From NCBI GenBank assembly GCA_041483895.1, contig JBGPGO010000001.1, positions 96,001-160,000 of the forward strand: a stretch of DNA of 64,000 bases, given 5' to 3'. Numbering within the stretch: position 1 is the first letter of the stretch; every line of letters begins with the position of its first letter. The notes under the pieces are model-generated. The model saw only the letters and a list, made by a program, of their open reading frames with translations, was not told the origin of the DNA and searched no databases. A program made the position numbers and the translations under genes. This DNA is from Fimbriimonadia bacterium (lineage in GTDB: Bacteria; Armatimonadota; Fimbriimonadia; Fimbriimonadales; JABRVX01). Positions 38,301 through 45,455 of the stretch are shown here, one piece after another.

Positions 38301-38503
38301 CCAACGTCCGAATCGCAATACGATTATAAAGCAATTCCCGCTCCCAGGCAACATTCCCTGCCCCCTTTCAACACGATAGACTCCCGAAAATCGAAATTTT
38401 GTGACAAAGCTGCCCGAAAAAAATGCTCACCGGCTGAAAGTGGCGTCGCAAGCGCGCAGTCTGCCATGATAGCGGTGGGAGAGAAGCCCAAGGAGTACCA
38501 CGC

Positions 38504-39472
38504 ATGACAAGGCTGTTATCCATTCTCGTTTTCATGGTTGCCGGTTCGCAGGTCTGCCTCGCCCAGGTTGGGGGTGGCTCCGTCTATGGCCAGGGCCAAG
38601 GGGGCAATGCGCAGGCGAACGAACGCGCCAAGCGCACGGTGGCGAAAGAAGAGATGCCGCCGACCGCCACGAGCATGTTCCTGGACGCCAGCGTCATGAT
38701 AAACGTCAAGGCGGACGAATACGTCGCGGTCTTCGGCATCAGCCTGGAGGGTACTACACTGGACGAGTGCAATCAGAAGATGCAGTTGACCATCGCCCAG
38801 TTCTCGGATGATTTGCGCCATCTGGGAGCGCGGGCCGACGACATTTATGTTGATTACGTTGCGCAAAACCGGATTTATGGCTATGAGATTGTCGGTGATA
38901 TCGCCAAGGAGAAGGTGACCGGATTTGAGCTGAAGAAGACCGTTTCGGTCCACTACCGGGACAAAACTTCATTGGACAAATTCGTCGCCGCGGCATCGCG
39001 GGCCCAGATCTTCGATCTGATCAAAGTGGACTATATCGTGATAAACATTGACGCAATCCACACGAAGCTGATGGAGGATGCCGCCCGCGTGATCAAGCTG
39101 AAAGCCGCCAACCATGCTCGCCTCTTGGGAATCAAGGTTGTGCAGCCACAGGTGTACGCCGAAAAATACAGCACCTACTTTCCGACGGAGATGTACGACT
39201 CGTATACGGCATACGAATCCGAGGACATGATGAGCAATTACTACCGGCAGAAGTACACCGTCCAGAGCGCGCGAAAGAACCGGACGTTCTACTTCAACGC
39301 CCTCAGCGCCAAGAGCTTCGATCATGTGGTGAATCCTGTGGTGATTGAGCCGGTGGTGCAGTTCACGCTCTATCTTAAGGTTAAGTACGAGACGGGACAA
39401 GTCAAACCGAGCAAGCCGCTGAAGACCTCAAACCGCGTACCAGGGCCTGCGGGCAGGACCTCCCAGAAGTGA
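38504..39472 (+). CDS. Exported protein, probable SIMPL/DUF541-like
   Basis: Signal peptide; pattern 'INVKADEYVAVFGI...GFELKKTVSVHY...KAANHARLLG'; AAGGAG SD. Confidence 0.65.
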   Translation: MTRLLSILVFMVAGSQVCLAQVGGGSVYGQGQGGNAQANERAKRTVAKEEMPPTATSMFLDASVMINVKADEYVAVFGISLEGTTLDECNQKMQLTIAQFSDDLRHLGARADDIYVDYVAQNRIYGYEIVGDIAKEKVTGFELKKTVSVHYRDKTSLDKFVAAASRAQIFDLIKVDYIVINIDAIHTKLMEDAARVIKLKAANHARLLGIKVVQPQVYAEKYSTYFPTEMYDSYTAYESEDMMSNYYRQKYTVQSARKNRTFYFNALSAKSFDHVVNPVVIEPVVQFTLYLKVKYETGQVKPSKPLKTSNRVPGPAGRTSQK

Positions 39473-39520
39473 CATGCTTGATCAGGGATCTAGATTCCAC
39501 GCAATGGGTCGGGTGATTTC

Positions 39521-39688
39521 GTAGGCGCGGGACAGCATTAAGACGACGCATCGAATCGCCGATCCGGAGTCCCGCGTGGGAGGGCCGGAACTTCTGATAC
39601 CCGATCATTATGCTACTTACGGGGTGGTCAAACGCGGGCTTTTGGAATTGGCGGTTGGAGGGGTATTGGCAAGCTGGCCCGCGCCTAC
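39521..39688. repeat. 168-bp segment bounded by GTAG-type inverted repeats (REPIN/MITE-like)
   Basis: GTAGGCGCGGGACAGC (39521-39536) matches the reverse complement of 39673-39688 (GTAGGCGCGGGCCAGC) at 15/16. Confidence 0.65.
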
Positions 39689-39735
39689 CTAATTCACATT
39701 AAATTCGTTGACTCTTGGTTTGTGATTGTTCAGGT

Positions 39736-41085
39736 TCATTTCAGAAACACCGCTCTGTTTTCCAGAACGACTCTGACCAGTACGGCGGCATATTCGCAGT
39801 ATTTCTCGCTCCCGTCGGCCTGGATCTTTCCGTTTGGCAGCGGGTGATACCGCTCTCGCCAATAGCCGTCCTTGGCAGCCTTAGACACCAGTCGCGCCGC
39901 TTCTATCAACCGGTCGCGCGCGCCCATGCGCTTGCAGGCCAACGCTTCGACATACCAACTCCGGCCCATCGAAGCAACGTCGTTCGTCACGGAGTTGGCC
40001 GCAAACGGCACTTCCTCGTGCTCCCATGATTCGTAGGTGAACGGTTTGGTGACGGTGAGAGTAGGCATCCCTCCGGGCCAAAACGCCTTTTCACCAATGA
40101 GCTTCGGCCACAAAACCTTTGTCTGTTGTTTGGTGGCGAGGCCAAACGCGATTGCGGCCCAATTCGTATCCGACAGGCCGTGACTATCGACCACTCCCCG
40201 ATTGATGTGCACGTATTCGGCGAAGTGATCGCCTTTCCAAAAGGTGGCGAGAAAGCTCTTAGTCAGCTTGTCGGCATGGCTCTTCCAAACCTTTGCCTCC
40301 GCGTTTCGCTTGGCAGCCTTTTCCAGAGCTTCGAGGTCTTGAAAAGCCTGCACCGCGTAGCATTGCGTCACGCCGTCCCAACCGTTCCGCGGAGGACGCT
40401 CGGTGTAAAATCCGGACCCGCTCATCAATCCGTTCGGAGATATCTGAGAAACAAGGTAGTTGCCGGCCGCTTCCACCGATGGCAGGTGCTCTTTCAGCCA
40501 AGCACCGTCTTTCGTGGCTAGATAGATCTCCGATGCCGTCAAGACATAACAGATTGGTCCCAATGTGGCAAGCGGATTCGACTCAATTTCCCAGTGCCGA
40601 AACAGTCCCACCCACTTGCGAGCCTCGCCGCTCGATTCCGGGAGTCCGTCCCGGTGCGGAGGGGTGTAAGTGAATACATCTTCCGGCGTCTTCAGGCCTC
40701 GCAAATAGGTATCTCCCCGCTCAGTATTGCCGGGGAATATGGCGAACGGAATGTTTCCATCCTTCCGCTGAGAGGCACGGACAAAATCAAAATAGTCCTT
40801 GACGAGCTGGGCCCGGCCGAGAAGGAGATATGCTCCCGCCATCTGCCAAGAGTCAAGACCGGGCCACGTGGTGTCGCTGCCATATCCGCCTCCATCGGCG
40901 TTGATATAGAAATGGCCAGGGTACACGGACTCTGAGATCGACGGGATCAGATTCTTCTCGATGGCAGCAGTGACACCGGCGCGAATATCCGGATCGGATA
41001 TCTTCGATATCCATGCTTCGTTCGGTCCGTGGAGTCCCACAGCAAATCCAATGATGGTCAAAAAAATCTCGGTTCCCTCCTCCAA
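39736..41085 (-). CDS. Putative (alpha/alpha)6-barrel glycoside hydrolase-like protein
   Basis: 'TWPGLDSW', 'SQRKDGNIP', 'DTNWAAIAFGLA', 'YWRERY', 'YCEY'; start uncertain. Confidence 0.6.
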   Translation of the reverse strand: MEEGTEIFLTIIGFAVGLHGPNEAWISKISDPDIRAGVTAAIEKNLIPSISESVYPGHFYINADGGGYGSDTTWPGLDSWQMAGAYLLLGRAQLVKDYFDFVRASQRKDGNIPFAIFPGNTERGDTYLRGLKTPEDVFTYTPPHRDGLPESSGEARKWVGLFRHWEIESNPLATLGPICYVLTASEIYLATKDGAWLKEHLPSVEAAGNYLVSQISPNGLMSGSGFYTERPPRNGWDGVTQCYAVQAFQDLEALEKAAKRNAEAKVWKSHADKLTKSFLATFWKGDHFAEYVHINRGVVDSHGLSDTNWAAIAFGLATKQQTKVLWPKLIGEKAFWPGGMPTLTVTKPFTYESWEHEEVPFAANSVTNDVASMGRSWYVEALACKRMGARDRLIEAARLVSKAAKDGYWRERYHPLPNGKIQADGSEKYCEYAAVLVRVVLENRAVFLK

Positions 41086-41098
41086 TCAGTTTCGACTA

Positions 41099-41572
41099 TC
41101 AGTGCGGCAGCACCTTGCTCAGACCACCTTTTCCGCTCAACGAGATGTAGTGATATTTTCCAAAGTGCCTCGGCTGGTCGTCCGCGAAAAGCCACGGCAC
41201 GCGTTCTGCTTCTCGAATCGGACTCCCGCACACCACAGGATTGATCATGTACCCCGCGCCCGGCTTGTCCTCCGCCAATGGGCAATGCGGCACATCCCAA
41301 CCCGCTAAGCTATGAGCTATCCAACGCCAACCCGGGCCACCGGGCCCAAATTCGGAAGCCGGAGGAACAATCTCGTTCGGATGCTCCTGCTCGATCGCCC
41401 ATGCTTCCATCTGCAAATGCCAGAGATTCCTTGTACAGGTCGAAACGATCCACCTCTCATGTTCCGGCCCCGCCACGTAGTACCACTCGTACAGCGCAAC
41501 GCCACCGGCGAATGCGCCAACAATGACAAACCGTCCGATCAGGTGTCGAACTTGCACTTTTGAGCGCTCCAA
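41099..41572 (-). CDS. Hypothetical membrane-anchored protein with DUF1559-like features
   Basis: TM helix, 'CTRNLWHL', second Cys 'HCP', C-terminal H-X9-SG ('HFGKYHYISLSG'). Confidence 0.55.
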   Translation of the reverse strand: MERSKVQVRHLIGRFVIVGAFAGGVALYEWYYVAGPEHERWIVSTCTRNLWHLQMEAWAIEQEHPNEIVPPASEFGPGGPGWRWIAHSLAGWDVPHCPLAEDKPGAGYMINPVVCGSPIREAERVPWLFADDQPRHFGKYHYISLSGKGGLSKVLPH

Positions 41573-42315
41573 ATCCCTTCCGACTCAATAGACTCGGCGG
41601 GGCCACGGTTGTGTGACAATGGATGAGAAAAAAATGATGCCAAGTTTTGTGGTTCGGGTGTTGGCCCAAAATAGAGGTGGATGTCCGAACCGCCGTCCGG
41701 CACACTTACTACGTACGGCCTAAGATGCAGGATCTCGCCCCGGGTCGCGACGGCATAAAGGACGGCTGCCAGCCAAACGGCGGAGAGGGTTAGAGCGTTA
41801 GCCCGCTGGAATCGTTTTGTCGTTGCGACTTGATAGGCCGCAATTAAACCAACAAGCATAAAGAGCGTCCCTCCGATAACACTCTTAACGACTGCTTCAG
41901 AATAACGAACCGAGAAATAGGCCTTGTCGTACACAGATTCGTTGATTCCGCTCGTCTCCGCCACGGTCGGCGCTTGCTCCGAAATGGCAAGCTGAACCGC
42001 TTCCTTCCCATGATGCAACATTATCGCCGGCATCACGGGACCTTCCGAGAGGAGATAAGAGAGCAACAACAGAAACCAGGCCAAACCGCCAGCATTCTTG
42101 CTGCATAGCCATCGCACTAGACGCGCCGACGCAGAACGGTTTGAGGTCGGTCGCCCCTCGGTGAGCTCCAGTTCCTTGGCGGAGAATGCCTGCCCTTCAG
42201 CATCGAGGACAACCGCGTCGTCGGCTACAAGCCCACTTTGGCGCCACCGCCTGATCGTGGGCAGATCGACCTCTTGACTCTCAAGACCGTTTACTAATTT
42301 AACTCGATACGTCAT
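41539..42315 (-). CDS. Hypothetical membrane protein with GYF_2-like N-terminus
   Basis: 'VDLPTIRRWRQSGLVADDAVV' followed by three hydrophobic helices. Confidence 0.55.
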   Translation of the reverse strand: MTYRVKLVNGLESQEVDLPTIRRWRQSGLVADDAVVLDAEGQAFSAKELELTEGRPTSNRSASARLVRWLCSKNAGGLAWFLLLLSYLLSEGPVMPAIMLHHGKEAVQLAISEQAPTVAETSGINESVYDKAYFSVRYSEAVVKSVIGGTLFMLVGLIAAYQVATTKRFQRANALTLSAVWLAAVLYAVATRGEILHLRPYVVSVPDGGSDIHLYFGPTPEPQNLASFFSHPLSHNRGPAESIESEGIWSAQKCKFDT

Positions 42316-42476
42316 TCGGAACTATCCATGTAATGATCGTAGTGGGACTCACTTCCCGAGGGGTGGTCGGAAAGAGCCTTCGGGTTCCCGCCCCACGCGG
42401 TTGCGGCATCGTCGGCCAGACAGATGGGGGCTGTGAGGAGCGTGCCTAAGCAGGCCAGACTGATGTGATGGTTCAT
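42312..42476 (-). CDS. Small 54-aa ORF with signal-peptide-like start (possible gene fragment)
   Basis: Manual translation MNHHISLACLGTLLTAPICLADDAATAWGGNPKALSDHPSGSESHYDHYMDSSE*; ATGA overlap with the next gene. Confidence 0.35.
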   Translation of the reverse strand: MNHHISLACLGTLLTAPICLADDAATAWGGNPKALSDHPSGSESHYDHYMDSSE

Positions 42477-42505
42477 GGTATTGATTCTACTCGCAAAACC
42501 GCCGA

Positions 42506-42544
42506 TCAGTCATCTTCAATGCCCTCGTCCAGCAACAGCTTCAC
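42506..42544 (-). pseudogene. 12-codon remnant of a DUF5615/VapC45-type PIN toxin
   Basis: GTG start overlapping the DUF433 stop (GTGA) gives MKLLLDEGIEDD*, the typical N-terminus of the DUF433 partner. Confidence 0.7.
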
Positions 42545-42774
42545 GACGCGCGGGCAACCTGCCGACGCGCCTGTTCCGTCTGCCAGCGAATCACCGCCAG
42601 TGCCTGATCACGTGTCACGGTCGGAAAGCCGTGAAGGAATCTGTCCAATGATATCCCGTCCGCCTGATAGTCGAAAAATGTCTCCACCGGAACGCGGGTA
42701 CCTCGATAGCAGACAATACCGGCTAGTATCTCGGGATCAGAAGACAGAACCTCGTTGAGCTCGGATGGGATCAT
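42541..42774 (-). CDS. DUF433 family antitoxin
   Basis: 'SDPEILAGIVCYRGTRVPV...FPTVTRDQA'. Confidence 0.9.
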   Translation of the reverse strand: MIPSELNEVLSSDPEILAGIVCYRGTRVPVETFFDYQADGISLDRFLHGFPTVTRDQALAVIRWQTEQARRQVARAS

Positions 42775-42811
42775 ATCAACAATTGCATCATGGGAATCTG
42801 ATAAGCGGCGG

Positions 42812-43072
42812 TTAGGCCGATATTTTTACGTTCGCGGCTTCGGAGATGGGTTCTGGTACGGGAAGTCCATGCTGCACCAATCCCTCAATGTGGAACTCAA
42901 TTGCCTCGCGAATCAAAACTTCCGCTTCTTCCCGTGTCTTGCCGGTTGCCACGCAACCCGGTAGGTTTGGTACATAGGCCGACCAGTTCCGATCGCCACG
43001 CTCGAAAACTACGGCGTACGAGACTCCGATGACTTTATGCAGGCGTTTGACCGCCCGGCGCCGCGCCACCAC
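42812..43072 (-). CDS. hicB: HicB-family antitoxin (no hicA; start uncertain)
   Basis: 'YAVVFE...WSAYVPNLPGCVATGKTREEA...EAIEFHIEGL...PVPEP'; nearest canonical starts (GTG 43069/43072) lie inside pspA. Confidence 0.8.
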   Translation of the reverse strand: MVARRRAVKRLHKVIGVSYAVVFERGDRNWSAYVPNLPGCVATGKTREEAEVLIREAIEFHIEGLVQHGLPVPEPISEAANVKISA

Positions 43073-43820
43073 CGCCGAGACGTTGCTCCAGCTCGGCCAA
43101 CTCCGATTCCACATCCGGCGTGACCGAGCCGGACTGGGTCGCCGCCGGGGCTGACGGAGCGAGACCCAACCGCTGCTCCATCTGCTGCAATTCCTTTTCC
43201 GCCGACGCATCAATCGCGCTGTCCTGATAAGCGGCCAACTTCCCGGTGAGCGAGGAAGCGTTCATCTCGGACCGTGCCAGCGATTCGGATTCGGCGCTTT
43301 GGATCTTCTCCGCGGCAACCGACCAGCCGCGCTCCTCGGTCTCGAAGTTCAGGCTGTCGAACACCTTGGACATCTCCTTGTTGATCTGCGCTTGCTTCCA
43401 CCGAGCTTTGAGCGCCAAGGCTTCCGCGGTCTTGGATTTGACTTGCTCCTCTTGCCGGCGCATCGCGACCTTGATGCCTTCGACGTTTTGCAGCGCCTGG
43501 GCCAGTGAGGCCTTGAGGGACTCCAGAGTCTGCTCCGTGTTTCCTTTTTCCCGCAGCCAGGCACGGGCGGCATCCCGATCCCCCGCCTTCAGCGCCTGTT
43601 CCGCGTTGGCCTGCAGCTGGGCGATTTTTCGCGTGTGCTCATCCACCATCGACTGAAGGTTGTTCTTGGCGGTAATCGCCTGGATGGCCTTTTCGCGGTT
43701 CCCGGCAAGATTTTCCCGCATCTCGCGCCGCGCCTGGTCGAGCAGGATCTCCGGATCCTCCCACTGGTCCATTTTGCGGTTGAACAGCGCCTTTATGTAG
43801 TTCCAAAATCGTCTAAACAT
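43035..43820 (-). CDS. pspA: PspA/IM30 (Vipp1-like) family protein
   Basis: 'MFRRFWNYIKA...EDPEILLDQARREM', long coiled coil, 'ALKAGDRDAAR'; GGAGG SD. Confidence 0.9.
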   Translation of the reverse strand: MFRRFWNYIKALFNRKMDQWEDPEILLDQARREMRENLAGNREKAIQAITAKNNLQSMVDEHTRKIAQLQANAEQALKAGDRDAARAWLREKGNTEQTLESLKASLAQALQNVEGIKVAMRRQEEQVKSKTAEALALKARWKQAQINKEMSKVFDSLNFETEERGWSVAAEKIQSAESESLARSEMNASSLTGKLAAYQDSAIDASAEKELQQMEQRLGLAPSAPAATQSGSVTPDVESELAELEQRLGGGGAAPGGQTPA

Positions 43821-43862
43821 CAAATCCTCCGCCCTGATTCAGGCCCGATACTACGCATCCCC

Positions 43863-43921
43863 CGGTAGCCGCATGCTTTAGCTCGCGCTCCGGCGACGCA
43901 AGCCAAAGCATGCGGCTACCG
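43863..43921. repeat. Inverted pair of GTAG-type REP-like repeats
   Basis: 17-bp perfect stem CGGTAGCCGCATGCTTT / AAAGCATGCGGCTACCG. Confidence 0.85.
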
Positions 43922-44002
43922 ACTGGTTCCGGCGCAGGATCGACCTTGCCGCTACCGGAATTGGTACCGAGATAGCAAATAGTAGCACTCTTTGCGTCAT
44001 AT

Positions 44003-44788
44003 TTGGCTTTAATGACCGATGAATCTACCTTTAATGGGGGGCAAGTGACCCATCAGTCCTTTACCCGCATCGCGCCATTCTACGACGCGCTGATGCGTGG
44101 CGTGCCTTACGAAATGTGGGTCGGCTACTTCGAGTTGTTGTGCGTGCAGAACGACCATACCGCCCGGCGCGTGCTGGACGTCTGTTGCGGAACGGGGACG
44201 ATGTGCGAGCTGCTGACAGAAAAGGCATATTTCCTGACCGGTGTGGACATCTCGACCCCGATGATCCTGAGCGCCCGGACCAAGGCTGCGGGGAAGGGTC
44301 TCCGGATCGACTATTTCGACCAGGACATCGCCCAAATGAGTCTGGGATCCAAATTCGACACGGCCTTCAGCTTCTTCGACAGCCTCAACTACATTACGGA
44401 CCCTGGGCAACTGCGGCAAGGCATTCTTCGCATTGCGGAGCATCTGGGACCGGGCGGGCTGTTCATGTTTGATTTGAACACCGAGTTCGCCTTTACCAAC
44501 CAGATGTTCGACCAGCAGCAATTGACCCGCAAGGCGGCCGTGCGTTACCGGTGGAAGAGCAAATATGATGCGGATGCGAGGATTTGCACGGTCAAAATGG
44601 ACTTTTGGGCTGGGGAGCCCGAGGAGCACTTCGTCGAGACGCATATCCAGCGGGCCCATTCGCCGGAGGAGATCCGATCGTGGCTGACAGAGGCGGGGTT
44701 CGAAGAGATTCGGTCCTACAACAGCTACACGTTGGACAAGCCGACCCGCACCAGCGATCGGGTCCACTACACCGCGATTCGAAGGTAG
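44003..44788 (+). CDS. Class I SAM-dependent methyltransferase
   Basis: 'VLDVCCGTG', 'GVDIS', 'FDSLNY', 'LGPGGLFMFD'; start uncertain. Confidence 0.92.
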   Translation: MALMTDESTFNGGQVTHQSFTRIAPFYDALMRGVPYEMWVGYFELLCVQNDHTARRVLDVCCGTGTMCELLTEKAYFLTGVDISTPMILSARTKAAGKGLRIDYFDQDIAQMSLGSKFDTAFSFFDSLNYITDPGQLRQGILRIAEHLGPGGLFMFDLNTEFAFTNQMFDQQQLTRKAAVRYRWKSKYDADARICTVKMDFWAGEPEEHFVETHIQRAHSPEEIRSWLTEAGFEEIRSYNSYTLDKPTRTSDRVHYTAIRR

Positions 44789-44895
44789 CCGCACGCCTCA
44801 GGTTGCGTGATTTTGACGATGCGATCGTCAATTAAATTGACCATGTGGGTAGCCGCACGTATTTGGAGGCCATCGTAAGCTAAAGGGTGCGGCTA
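44784..44895. repeat. Three GTAG-type REP-like copies between convergent genes
   Basis: GGTAGCCGCACG at 44784 and 44848; inverted CGTAAGCTAAAGGGTGCGGCTA ending at 44895. Confidence 0.75.
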
Positions 44896-45300
44896 TGAGC
44901 CGTAGGTGGACGTCAGTTCTTTGAAAATCTGTCGCAGCTCGCCTTGGGCATGTTCGCCGCCATGCGGACCGGCAATCGCTTTCACTGAGCCGGGGCCGTC
45001 GTCCAACCCGGATCGAAGCCAATCTTCCGCCTTGTCCTTGGTCAATTCGGGCGAGAAACCGTTGAGGTGCAGCAGCGCGAGGGCGGCGTACAGAGCGGTG
45101 TGCTCGTTCCCCTCGTCAAAGGGCCGGCGGCCCAGAATTCCTTGGAAAAACGCGCCGATCTGGGTCAGCTCATCGCCAATCATCCGGTAACCATATTGGT
45201 AGCCGATGCACTCCTCCAAATCGAGCGCTCTCAGCCCCACCGGCTTCCGGTTGATCTGGCTGTTGATCCAGATGACGTCCTGACTGGTTAGATACCGCAC
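44893..45300 (-). CDS. Fic/Doc-family protein with degenerate catalytic motif
   Basis: Doc-like 'MRYLT...INSQI...GLR' and 'LHLNG'; motif reads RPFDEGNEHTA instead of HPFxDGNKRTA. Confidence 0.75.
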   Translation of the reverse strand: MRYLTSQDVIWINSQINRKPVGLRALDLEECIGYQYGYRMIGDELTQIGAFFQGILGRRPFDEGNEHTALYAALALLHLNGFSPELTKDKAEDWLRSGLDDGPGSVKAIAGPHGGEHAQGELRQIFKELTSTYGS

Positions 45301-45455
45301 TCGCTTCTCCCGACCGTGAACTGGTTTCAGGGTACCCCATCAGGCTGGCCGACCCCACGCAACTAACGAGAGTAAACCTTGCCTACATTTCTGGGTTTTC
45401 AACCGACAATCTTAGATAGCAACTTCACCTTTATGCCACAGGGGGCCTGGGCCAG

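Noticed and set aside
38148..38503. Moco riboswitch upstream of the molybdoenzyme operon
   Set aside because: I could not recognise the conserved motif by eye; an Rfam search would be needed.
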